This document shows, in pieces, positions 25,086 to 37,451 of a stretch of 64,000 nt of DNA. The stretch is from Phyllosticta citribraziliensis. Its lineage: Eukaryota. Every line of letters begins with the position of its first letter. The stretch's first letter is position 1. The stretch lies in assembly GCF_038025025.1 (NCBI RefSeq), contig NW_027117347.1, positions 1,116,001 to 1,180,000 of the forward strand, in the 5' to 3' direction. The notes under the pieces were generated by a model. It did no database searches. It saw nothing but the letters and a program-made list of their open reading frames with translations, and had not been told where the DNA came from. The translations under genes were made by a program, and so were the position numbers.

Positions 25086-26490
25086 CTACAAGCCCTTCCT
25101 CTTTTTGAATTCCGAAATCCATTCTGATGCCCTCGGTTTGGGCACCACATTCACCGTCACCAGTCCGTCCACCACCTCCACTGTTCCTCCAGCCAGCAAT
25201 TTTACCAAGGGTACTTTCTTGCCGGCCTTGATCAGACCGCCCGATGCCGTTTCGAGGTAGCATTCGACGCTCTCGGGCGTGTACTCTCCAGGTTCGTCCC
25301 ATGGAAGGGGCAAAATGTATTCCAAATGTTGGCCCAGGCTGTCCGTCTCGGCGCACGCCTGAATGAAATCGCTCTGCGCGTGCAGTGGGTACAGCAGAAT
25401 TACAGGGAAAGACAGCACCGAGGATGGATCCAGCGTTTCTTGTAACTTGATCTTCGAGTCGCCCATGTCCGGCTCCGCCCCGGTCTCGCGCGTCTTGATA
25501 CCGCGAGCCTTGAACGCGAGCTTCAAAGAGGCCTCCTCGGCTCGTCGCCGCTCCTCGCGTTCGCGTTGCTTACGCGTCACTTCTTCCAGATGGATCTTTC
25601 TCTTGGAAATCTTTGTGCTTAGGGTCTTCAGTGCGGCGTTCTTGGAATCTATCGCGAGTCCTCTTGCGCATGCGTCTTCGGCTTCGGGTATCTTGTCAAG
25701 GGCGAGAAGGGCCGTCGCGCTGCGGAACCAAGCTTTTACGTTGGAAGGGTTCAACAGGAGTGTTGCTTTGCAATCGGTTATGCAGGAACGATAGTTTTCT
25801 GGTCGTAGCATTAGCACATGAGCGCCATGGTTTTTTCAAGTCTTTCGCGGCTGACTCACTCATCTCCAAGTTGCAAAGTGCCCTGTTCACCAAGCAAGCC
25901 TCCTCTATCGCCTTTTCCTTCCTTGCCTCCTCTTCTGGATCCAGCTGCTGTTCTTCTGCAAGATCCATATCAGGGTCACCCTCCTCTTCATTCTGCACCG
26001 GCCGATCTGGTCCACGCAGCACACCAATTGCCTGGTTATAGAAGTCGCGCGCGTCGTGCCAGTGCTTTGCCTGAGCACACTCGTTACCCTGCTCCCGAAA
26101 GTTGCCTGCGCATTCGGCCTTGGTACCCTCGTACGCAAGAGCTTTCAGAGCTTCCAACGCATCATTGCCTCCGCCAGCACCATCCGTCTCATCCAAGGAC
26201 GTCATGAATAGAGGTGTGCGATTGAGTTCGGCAAAGATTTCGTCGGCGGACTTGGCTTGGACCTGCGCCATTGCTGGCGGCTTTGCAGCCGATGGGAGTG
26301 GTGACGTCTCGTTTGCGGCATTGCTGGAAGTAGCGGGTGTGCCTTTGCCGGTTACAGCGTCGTTGATGAGGGATTCGAGAGAGGGTACATTGGAAGGACC
26401 GGGTCCTTTCGGCAGGACTGGTGCGGGTGCTGGCTTGTTCAGGTCGAGCGACTCGTCAAAGTCGTCCGGGAGCTCTTCGATTTGGCCCAT
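25086..26490 (-). CDS. CNS1: Hsp70/Hsp90 TPR co-chaperone Cns1 (TTC4 family)
   Basis: LNRTPLFMTSLD..LEALKALAYEG..A.NFREQGNE. TPR motifs NRALCNLEMKNYRSCITDC across intron 25859-25799. C-terminal wheel domain LSFPVILLYPLHAQSDFI. Confidence 0.92.
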
Positions 26491-28344
26491 GATGTCTGCT
26501 GGGTGGTGTAGAAAAAGCGTGAGGCGATTTTGGCGGGGATCGGATACGCAGAATGCTTATCGATAGACCCCGGCTTTGGCAGGGATGCTGGTCTTCTCAT
26601 TGGCCGCCGACTTGTCGCTGCGTCGACGGCGACACACCCACGACTCCAGTACGGTACCACCTGCACCTCCATCGGCCTCAACTCAAGGCCGGCCCGTGAT
26701 CGACATGGTCACATCTCGAGATGCACGAGAAAATTCCGATGGCCGTCACGACATATGCTGTGTGATGGCGGCCAGGGCCGAGCAGGCGATCAACACCAGC
26801 ACATGGACGGCAATTCCGCGAGCTCGACCTGGCGAAATGCTTGTCGCCCTTGGCCGTGCGCTGTCCCGCCTCCAAGACGACCGTTTGCCGTAGGTGGCTG
26901 ACGGCGCGACGCGACGACGACGCCATTATGCAACAGTGGCTGGCACTTGGTCGAGAATCGCAAAGCGCAACGGCGTCTGGATACGGAATGACCCATCTCT
27001 ATCTCATTGCGCGAACGTCCCTTGAATAGCACCACGTGGGTGCCGATCATGACGATTGCAATTGTACCGCAGGGTCCTCTGGCTGCGCCGCATGCGACAT
27101 GTTGATGGCTGTCTTCTTCCAGTCCAGGGAGTCCAGGGCGACAACCTCCAGGACGGTATGTACAGTACTTTGTGGAGAACGCCAAGCAATACAACGAAGC
27201 GGAAGGCGTCGGCGGACGGTACCCCTGGATCCTACGACGGGCCAGCGCCAGCACCCGCGAGGAACCAGGAATGGCGGCGGTGATGTGACAGTCGCAGGCC
27301 GAGGCGCAGAGAGTGGAACGACCGTTGCGAGCTGCAAACCCACTTTACCGCCGCAGCGGAGACGCGTGCCCCAGACTATTATCGCGACCCCCTGAGGCCA
27401 GATGAGCGCAAAGACTGACCCGGTCGCCCGGACTCGTCGACAGGCCGGCCCATTATCACCAGGACACGGTGCAACGCGTGTTCCTGGGCCGAGGCTCCAA
27501 GGCCATCCGCGCCCCAACGGCGTGAAGCCATTTTATATTTTGTCCGTTAATTGCTATCCCGGCCTTACCCCTGTCCCCGACCCTCCCTGCTAGCGTCAAC
27601 TCCAGCGGCCGGGGTTCATCTGCACCTCGTCTGCATCGTCTCCTGGCCCGCTCTGCTGCTCGTCGAGCCGTTCGTAGCTCGTGCCCATCGTTTCCTCATG
27701 CTTCTTGGAGCCCGTTCTTTAACTCCATTGCCTCCCGCGCTCGTCTCTGCTCCTTCTCCACCGTGATTTCGACTTGTCGCCCTCTTTTCGTCTTCTCCAA
27801 GCCTCTTACAGTGCTTGTCACCGTAATCGTGTCCGAGGAGTGCTTGTCACTGCTTGCAATACCGCCGAAATTCCTACACTGCGGATGACAGCGGACCACG
27901 ACAGATTTGTACCACCGGTGCGACATTGCAAACGAGAATCTCGCCCTCATTTTCGTCACCCAGTCCGCCGTCAGATTCGGACTCAGGCACTCCCCTTTTC
28001 AAACCAAAAGACACCGAACAGCGTCTTGGGCTTTCCGTGCTGGTCGTTTCATCTTGCATAAAAGGACTCGTCCCGCGCAACGATGCAATAAGCTCGCCCT
28101 TGAAAAGTATGTACTCTGGCGCTATTGGCTCAGCGCCAGATGCCAGGCTTTCCTTGCCTCATCTGTCGGATCGGACACGCTAACCTTACGCGCAGTCATG
28201 CTTGATGCTCCAGCGCTTCTGACTGCCTGGGATCTCCAGTCTTAGTATCCAGCTGGGCGCACACCAATTGCCCTGGTTTCAAAAGTTTTAGGGCTCCTAG
28301 CGCCACTGTCGCCTAGTTGCTGGTCCAATCCTCTATTTCATATC

Positions 28345-31300
28345 ATGGCTTCTGGTTACTCTTCTGATCATGACTCCAAAGCGCCTCCGTCGCGCCAAAC
28401 GTCCTCAGAAACAATCTTCATGACCCCTCAGCCCTCGTCTCCTGCGCGCTCGTCTCGCCATGGTACTCCGTCAACCCCTGGCGACCCAGATGCATCGCCT
28501 CCTCCGCTACACTCAGAGTCCTCTCCTGATTCTGTGGGAGACAATGCCTTTTCATTCGATCCACGACGTCTGACGCCCACGTTGCAAGCCAACCTCGTTG
28601 CCGAAATTCTCAACTTGAGAAGAGACATAAACTCCAAGAATCGCATAATCGAGGATTTGGAGACTAGTCTCGAATCTTCCCAAAACGAAACTCAAGACCT
28701 GCACACTCGATTGTCCGCTAGCCAGAGCGAGAGTCGAGCTGCGAAACGCCATGTCAAAACATTGGAAACCGACACATTTACCACTCTCGAAGAGCTGGCG
28801 CATGAACGCGACCAGGCCAAGGCAGAAACCGAGATGCTCCGCAACAAGCTTGAAGACACTCGGAAAAAAGCCAGGAACGAGGGAGACGCGTCGGATCGCA
28901 CCCAGGATCTCTGGCAAAAAGACAAGGACACCTGGGATGCTGAAAAGAGATCCCTTGAGCGTCGCATTCACGTCAGCGAAACCCGTCTGAAAGCCGTCTT
29001 GGAAGAACTGGCGGCCCAGCAAGCCGCCGCTCAGGAGTGTTTCGAGACCGAAACCGAGGAAAATATCCGAGACAGCGGCTTTGCTATGGAGAGTGATGGA
29101 GTTAGCCTTCCTCCACAAAGTCTTTCTAATTCCCCGAAGCGCACGCTCAGCCAAAGGAGTAGACATGAACGCAACCACAGTGGTGGCAGCATGAGGAGCT
29201 TCCGCAGAAACAGAGCTTCCGTGTTGACTGTCGGCTCCGAGCTACAGCAAAAACTCAGCGGTCCCAGCCTCGCTGACGAGTTGGCACTCGACGAGGAGGA
29301 CGAGGAGGAGATAGAGGAGGAAGAAGAAGAAGAGGCGGATCTTGATGATGGTCTTGACTCTGAAGACTACTCTGAAAATGAATTGCGGGCCAGGCGAGCC
29401 TTGGAACTGAGGCAATCCCAGCTACCCGACGGCAAAGCCAGGAAAATGCTCGGGCTGGAGACTGATGGTAAACAGTCAACCTCGGAGCACGAAAGCGATG
29501 CGAAGGAGGCCAAGCAATCTGTTGATAACGTCTCTATTGGTCGTCAAAGCTTGGACAAATCTGCGAAGCCGTCTAGAGAAGTCGTTCAACCCAAGCACGA
29601 GTATGTCGACACAGGCGTGCAACCTTCTCCGCCTCCTTCTCCCAAAGTTGCTCCCCAAGTCATGGCAGCAGCAAGAAACAGCGGTCACATCGTCAGCGCC
29701 ATGGTCAATTTGGAAACCAATCAGCGAAAAAAGCCTATCTCAGATCAACAAACAGGGTCTGAGATTCCGCATCACAAGACCCGCCCCATGGTCTCCTCTT
29801 CATGTCAAACTTTAAATCATCCGCCGAGTCCTCCAGAGACACCTACAGTCTTGTTTCATCAAAGTCCAACGGCTTCCTCTCCTTCGACAAATTCACGACC
29901 AAAAATGACGTCGGTATCGACTCAGACGACCGAAATCAAAATATCTGAAACGAACAACCTTGACGTTCCGCCTACTCCGACCCGGGCCCCACCACCAACA
30001 GTCATTGCCGTGCCCCAAATAACCATAGAACCACCTGGTTCGTGCCCCACCTCGCCGACTCGTGTTGTGCTTCCGCCTGGAACAAAAAGTGTCTGTTCGC
30101 AGACCTCTCCAGATATGTTGCCTGACGTTTGTTCACGAGCCATGCAAACCGAGCCTATCATGGTCACCAGGCTAGGCAAGCTACCAGCTCACCTACTTCC
30201 ATCCTCGATATCATCGCAGCTTGCTACTTCGGAAACAAATGGATCACCCGAGACAAAGCCAGTCCTTGCTAAGCCTTTCGAGGAAAAGGGCAAAAGTCCC
30301 TTGCGTGCAACCCAAGCAGCACAGTCAGCGCTGAAATCAATGCGACACAAATCGGTCGAGGCTACCGAAGACAAGTACCCGGGGCACAATGATGACGGTC
30401 CCTTGACGACCGAAAGCACCGATGGCATCCGCCGGCCGTTCAGGTCAAGCAGTCTATTTGCGGGATTCGACGAAGAAGCCGTTGCCGACGAGAGTGACGA
30501 CGAACAACGAAGAGAAAATTCGACATACAGCCGGATGACGAAATACCACAGCCGCCTTGCCAAACCGCCGACGCCTGTGCCTGAGGAGAAAGAACCGCCT
30601 TCGCGCCCAAGGTCCTCGTGTTCCGCCAAGGTTGAGAAGAGCCCACCGATTCGACGGCAATCCAGCCTGCGTCGGTCTAACATGAGCCCGACCAGAGTTT
30701 CTCAAGGACTCGGTGAGTCGAGCAAGCTTGCTTCTGCACGGCCTCCATACCCCGTGCCCATCCGGTCCAGCTCTAGGAAGTTGCCGTTAAGCAGAAGTGA
30801 AGGTTCGCAAAGCCCGCCCATCCGCAACAACATGCTTGCCAACCGACGTTCGCGCAAGGACTCGACGGCTCGTCAAGACAGCCTGCGCAAAGTACGATCG
30901 GCAGCTGTCATGCGTAGGAGCGATCGCTTCCCAGGCAGATCGCCGCCTCCACCAAAGACCTCCTTGACCTCTCCGACTGGCAGCCAGACCCAGTCCCCAG
31001 TAGGCCAGGACCGGGTGTCGACTCCAAAGCAATCCCGTCCCGAGGGTCGTGCACACAGGAGCCAGCATTCGCGAAGCACAGCGAACCAAGACAGCAACCA
31101 CTCTCCAGAGTCACCGTCGCAATCCATTAGTGTTGTTGATGCCATTGCCATCACCATGGTAGGAGAATGGATGTGGAAATACGTTCGTGGTAGGAAATCT
31201 TTTGGTGTTTCCGACTCTGTGAGCCCGGACTTTGGCAAGGATGATGGCACCGGCAATACTGGAATCAACGGTGTACGCCACAAGCGCTGGGTTTGGATCT

Positions 31301-32398
31301 CGCCGTATGAACGATCCATTCTCTGGAGCAGCAAGCAACCAACAAACAACACGGGTCTTATGGGCAAGCCTGGTCGCAAACGTAAGTCACGCTTATACTT
31401 GGATGGTTCTTCGCTAATATTCTACAGTCGTGGTACAATCAGTTTTGGATGTCAAAGATGATGGACCACCTCCAAAGGGCAGTGGATCGCAACCTGTGTT
31501 CAACCGATCTATACTAGTCCTTACCCCGGCCCGCGCTCTCAAATTTACGGCAATGAGTGCAGAGCGCCATTACATTTGGCTTACAGCTCTCTCATTCCTT
31601 GCACACTCTTCTCAGTCTCTCCCAAACCTGGGTCAACTGCCAACCCCCGCTCCGCAAGAGCCGATTAAAAGGAAACTAGGCCCTTTGAGCACTAGCAAGA
31701 GCAGCAGCTCCATTCGTGCCACTAAAGAGGCTCAAATAGCCAAGGATAAAGCTCCCATACAGTCCGAATCACCGCCTGAAGGGAAAGTGACACAGTCTCC
31801 GGCATCCGAGTCTTTCAGCCCTCCTGCCATACCACGGTATCACGGCAGGAAGAGGAGTGTTTCTTCCCCGCGGCAAACGACCTTCCGACCCCCCATGCCA
31901 CACAACTTCTTTGGTCGAAGTTTCTCCAGCAATCACGCATCTGCAAACATTCCGCCAGTCCCCGCAATACCAAAGGCAATTCAATCGACTAGGAGTCCGT
32001 CAGCCGGCACGAGCGATATTCAAAGTCCGACGAGCCCGAATGTCCCCCCATCAGTTCCATCTAGCATTTACAATCCCTCGACAAGTCGCCGTACGTCAGC
32101 ATCTTCCAGTGCCGCCACCCACTCGACGCAACGGCGTGAGTTTTTCGACGCTGTAGCTGGAATGATGCGTATGGAAGCATTTGTAGAACCCACTCAGAGG
32201 TCTGACTCGAAGCACTCTGATGGAGGTTTATCGGATTTGAGAGGAGCTGCAAACTCAAGAAATTTTGCTGGCAAACAAATGAGATCAAGCTCTGGCAACC
32301 AAAAGGCAGCGAGCATGACTACCAGCCGCGGGCCGGGCCCAGTAAGCACACCAGATCCGATCAACGAGCACGTAGGCGGCTTTTTCAAGGAGTTTTGA
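28345..32398 (+). CDS. Coiled-coil protein with Mcp5/Num1-type PH domain (Num1/ApsA-related cortical protein)
   Basis: N-terminal coiled coil LVAEILNLRRDINSK.., long S/P-rich linker, then PH domain VVDAIAITMVGEWMWKY..RHKRWVWISPYERSILWSSKQP..SILVLTPARALKFTA..ERHYIWLTALSFL. Intron 31382-31427 joins the two ORFs in frame. Confidence 0.8.
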
Positions 32399-34754
32399 AC
32401 ACGGAAGGACGCGAGATTTCTATCCACCGAGGCCTCTATGGCCATAGCGACACTTGGCCATGAATGATGCGCGGACACTTCGTCAGAACATTACGACGCA
32501 TTCAAATCGCGGCTTTCGACTCCTTCTGCCATGGCCATCGCGACGATGCTGCACTGCTGTTTTCCGGGCTGAAGCCCAACTCATTCGTTATTCTGACGGC
32601 ACGATCAACATGGAACATGTACATCTCCGGCACTTGAGCGTTTTTCAGCCTCGGAATCACGAGCAACGCAGACGGCAATCCATTCGCTTTCTTACGACCC
32701 ATGTTTACTTTAATTCTCACGGCGTAAACCCTGCATAAAATCCTTGCACACATCACTGTGGAAACATGCATTCGCTGCGACAAGTGCCTAGGCGTCCACA
32801 CCAGCCAGCAGAGGACGAAACGGCTTATGCGCATCACTTTCGCTGCTCAAGTGTATTTTTTTCGTTCTGCAGGCGCTGATTGGTATAATTTTGCGCACTC
32901 TGCGCAATCTTCGTAATTTGAAGCGAGCCCCTGTTCCATCGCAAAGTCTCGATATTGGCTGCGACGGATATCCAGCTCGCTGGAGACGTTGGCAGCTTAT
33001 CGACATCGTGTCTCTGTTCTTCTCGGGTAGAGCTTCCGTTCATCACCTTGTAATGTCTGGTCATTTTCATGCTTCCCCTTCGTCTTCCAAAAGCGGGTCG
33101 CTTCCAACCACCGTCTCTTCTTCTCCCACTTCTTGGATACCCTGTTCTCTACTTCCTTATCGTCACCTCTGCCCAGCAAAAGTCTTACTCAATTCTGCAT
33201 TGGCGCTTTGAAGTAATGCCTTCATCCCTTAAGGCGAGCATCTGTCTACACCCAGGGCTCCTTCTTTGAAGGGTCCAGGGTTTCGCAAATTAACTTCCTT
33301 CTGTACGACGATCAAGCAACGGACGAGAAGTAGAAATACGACAATCTTGAATAATGGATGCCATGCCCCAGCCACCATCATCCCAAAGTCTGAACCAGGG
33401 ACCCCAACGCGCGTCGTCCCTTTTGCTCCAACGCCGACGGCGCTCGGCAGCCGTTTCTCAACGGCTGCCCTAAAGTCAGGCAACGCACAGGCTTTCTCAT
33501 GTGGCCAACCACGGCAAACCTTGATGCCTTACAGTACAGTAGTCTAACGTTGCGCGTGGTGCCTGCCCTTTTTTTTCCTTCCACTGCCTAACCGTCAGAC
33601 CGTCTATCCGTCCGTCCGCCCCTCCCGTTGCCTTAATCGCCATGCATGCCTGCCTTCCGAGCCACACACAGTTCGGCAGCAGCCCCGAAACTCTGCTGGC
33701 CGCCAACGGTCGCAGCGCCGACACTTTATTATATCAAGCCGCCCATTCCGTACCCTCCTTACACATCGTCCGTCCACCTCCCCCTCCGCAGTGCGCGTCG
33801 GCATTTGTCCTCTCTGTTTGCTTTGTCTGTCTGCTGGCCCTAGCCAGACCTGCCCGGCTCCATCCATCCGCCATTTCGCTCGTTGGTCCGAGCAGAAGCT
33901 GCGTAGTTTAACTCACTCGTCCACACACCACCATTCGCACCCACACACTGGTTGCTCAAATGCTCAAACGCAGCCAAGCACGTATACTAGAGTGCCGAGT
34001 TGGACTTTGCGGAAGGAAGCGAGCAAGCGGGCAAGCGGTATTCGTAGCGTTCGCACGCGTCTACTTATCTAGGTAAATAGCATCCTCGGATGACTGCCGC
34101 CCCTCCGAGGCGACACTTCACGGATCTCCTTTCCGTCTATCTATGCGACGGAGCCCCCAGTCCCTTCCCCCGGCTTGTTGCCGACTTGGACCCCGTCTTG
34201 GTCGCGATGGACGTTGCTGACTCCGTACTCGTACCGTGCCCGCGTAAGGATGTGCAGTATCATCCCGTTCGCAACGATTCTTGTCTGCTGCTGACTTTGT
34301 GTGATCGTGACTAAATACATTGTCTAGGAGCGTTGAAGAAATGCTTTGATTCTTGCGTAGGCCGATTATTTCAAATGCGTCAAAGATCAATCGCGGAATT
34401 GTGGGAAATATAGAACGGGTCGGATTGCTTTTTCCTTCTGCATTGAGAGTCTAGGTTTTATTTCTTGAAAGAACTTGCGAGGATGTCTGTCTGTGTGGAT
34501 GGAGTCATCGTTAAATAGAAGACGCTGTCGTCTTTATCGTGATATGTCTTTGCCTTGGTCGGCAGATTAATAGAATAGATGAAGTTTTCTAACGGCTGAC
34601 AACAACCACTCCGCCCCAATCTTCTATTTATCTCTTAACCGTGTCTTAGAATCAAATCCAGTGTACAGTATCCGTTGGACAGGACAACAAACCCAACACC
34701 AGTGGCATGGAGCACGCTGCAACCAAAGCAACCGCAGGTAGAAAAGGGCGAACA

Positions 34755-34775
34755 GGGGGGGGGGGGGGGGGGGGG
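34755..34775. repeat. G21 homopolymer tract
   Basis: Run of 21 G, followed closely by further G and C runs. Confidence 0.9.
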
Positions 34776-35504
34776 CCAAATTCAATCCAGGGGGTGGGTC
34801 GCCCGCCGTGCCCCCTTCCCCTCTTCTCTCCATTCACAACCAAAGGCGCTTTGATTGCCTCGAAGGAGCCGAACGAACCTCTGCTATCGAATCGATTAAC
34901 TACGACACTTGTGGAGTGCTCTTTCCCGCATGCTTGTCTGTATTCCGTGTCCACAGTGGGAGAGAAACGAAAACGAAAGATGGGCGCCTGCCCGGTTACC
35001 ACGTTCAAGAATTTGTGAGAGAGGAGATTTCAGATTGTATTGTAGCGTGTTCATATCGTAGTCTCTGGCCCCAAGAGAGGGGACAGAGTTGATGTCCCGA
35101 CCCTCATCTATCACCCAAACTGTGTTGCGCCTGGTCTCAGGAAACAGGAGGAGGAACCAACGCATGGAAAAGCACTACTCCGGCATCCTACACATTCTGC
35201 CTTGCTTTTCTGATGGCACGCTTGTTCTCGCACGACTAAACAACGGCTGACTGAATCGACTGGTAGGCAAGCTGGCTGGCTGGCTAAATCGAACGCATGC
35301 ATTCTCTTTTGAACCACAGGCAAGTACTGGTTGCCCGTGCGTGTGTACGCCGTGCTTGTGCTGGTAACGGTAACATGGGATGCTGACGTGGTCAACGACT
35401 TTCTATCTTAATTACAATGCCCTCCCCGGCAGCAGCCAGTAACACCACCACCTCTACTGCTGGTGCCTCTCGTCTCCTCAGGCAGCTTCTCTATTTGTCC
35501 TAGT

Positions 35505-37219
35505 CTAGTAGTGGATCGCCTTGTCGTACGTGTTGAGCGCCGCCTCCTTGAACTGTAGGGATTTTGCGTTAGAACAGCTTTGTAGACGGGGGAAAATGAG
35601 GACACTTACAGCTTCGCTCAGGGTCGGGTGGGCGTGACACACGCGGGCGACGTCCTCAGACGACGCGCCGTATTCAATCGCAAGACCAGCCTCGGCAATC
35701 ATCTCGCCAGCGTTCGGGCCGACAATGTGGACACCCAGGATGCGGTCCGTCTCCTTGTCGGCGAGGAACTTGACGAGTCCCTCGGTGTCAAGGTTGGTCT
35801 TGGCACGCGAGTTGGCCGAGAAGGGGAAGGTTCCGACCTTGTAGTTGATGCCGGCCTGCTTGAGCTCGGCCTCGTTCTGGCCAACCCATGCGACCTCGGG
35901 GTGCGTGTACATGACCGAGGGGATGACGCCGTAGTTGACGTGGCCGTAGTTCTTGGTGATGTACTCAATAGCCGCGACGGCCTCCTCCTCAGCCTTGTGC
36001 GCCAGCATGGGACCGAAGGTGCAGTCGCCAATTACCCGGACGTGCGGCAGCTTGGTGCGGTACTCGTGGTCAATGACCAGGCGGCCCCTGTCGTCCGTCT
36101 CGATGCCAACCTTCTCGATTCCCAGACCTTGGGTGTAGGGGCGGCGGCCGATGGCGACGAGAACAACGTCGGCGTCGAGCTACCGAGCTGGTCAGCATAG
36201 CTTCAGCATCCCAAGGGGTTCAGGTGCTCATACAGTCTCCTCCTTGCCACCCTTGGCAGCCTCAACGGCGACCTTGACGCCAGCGGAGTGAACCTCGCCG
36301 CTAGAGACCTTGGTGCCAGTCTTGAACTTGATGCCCTGCTTCTTGAGAATCTTCTCAGTGGCCTTGGAGATCTCCACGTCCATGCCGGGACCGCCAATCT
36401 GGCCCAAGAATTCGACGACGGTGACGTCGGCGCCCAGTCTCGACCATACGGAGGCCTACAGCACAGTTATTATTTTGCTTTTTCCCCGCAAAGGATTTCC
36501 CCCCGCGGTATACCCACCATTTCGAGACCAATGATTCCACCACCAATGACAACCATCTTGTTGGGAACCTGCTTGAGGGCGATGGCGCCGGTGCTGGTAA
36601 TGACCTTCTCCTCGTCAATGGTCATGCCGGGGAACGGCGTGGCCTCGGAACCGGTAGCAATGATGATGTTCTTGCCGCGCACGGCGGTCTCGCCGCCCTC
36701 GAGGAGGTTGACCTTGACCGTGTGCTCGTCCTGGAACGCGCCGGTGCCCTTGATGTACTCGACGTTGTTTTTCTTGAACAGGAACTCGATACCCTTGGTC
36801 AGGCCAGAGACGGACTGGTCCTTGGCCTTCATCATCTGCTCGAGGTTGAGCTTGACATCGCCGACCTCAATGCCGCGGTGCTTGCTGTCGTGCAGGATCT
36901 GGTGGTAGAGGTGCGAGTTGTTGAGCAGCGACTTTGACGGTATGCAGCCAACGTTCAGACAGGTGCCGCCCAAGGAGCCACGCTTCTCGATGCAAGTGAC
37001 CGACAGGCCGGCCTGGCCGGCCTTGATGGCAGCGACGTAGCCAGCGACACCTCCTCCGATGATGACGAGGTCCTTCTCAGGCGCCTCGGTGGCATAACCT
37101 CGTTTTGACCGGTCAACGAGGTAGAATGTTGAGCTCGTGTGGCGGAAGGCGCTGCGGGGCGCCGCGAGGGGGCGGGCGAACGACCTCGTGGTCGTCTTGG
37201 GTATTAAGTGCTTGAACAT
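35505..37219 (-). CDS. LPD1: Dihydrolipoyl dehydrogenase (E3), mitochondrial
   Basis: Presequence MFKHLIPK.., FAD motif IGGGVAG, redox disulfide [16 protein letters not shown] motif IGGGIIGLE and HAHPTLSEA. Three GT-AG introns. Confidence 0.96.
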
Positions 37220-37451
37220 GGCGGGCGACGAGGGGTGGAAGAGGTGGGGAAGAAAAAGAGAGTCAAGGTCTGGAGTGACGGCTGACGGGCAGCTTCGGTA
37301 TGGGCGAAAACGAGTCCCTCTCGGAGCGTCGGGGCGGGAGCGGCTGTCAGTGCGGACGCGGCAGAATGCGGCCTTGGCGCGCGAGGTGATATCAGCGACG
37401 ACATGTATGGATAATTCACGCAGCCATTGTTCTACACCCGAATTCCCCCTC

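Noticed and set aside
24304..25356. 350-aa minus-strand ORF overlapping the CNS1 3' end in another frame
   Set aside because: No recognisable motif, random-looking composition and no ATG start at its 5' end. Most likely a chance open frame over the CNS1 3' UTR.
26560..27400. GC-rich stretch with many overlapping short ORFs between CNS1 and the PH-protein gene
   Set aside because: No consistent frame, splice pattern or recognisable domain. Treated as divergent promoter or leader sequence.
32400..35500. Telomerase RNA, RNase P/MRP or U14 as explanation for the long gap
   Set aside because: No TAACCCTAA-type template and no convincing conserved boxes seen by eye.
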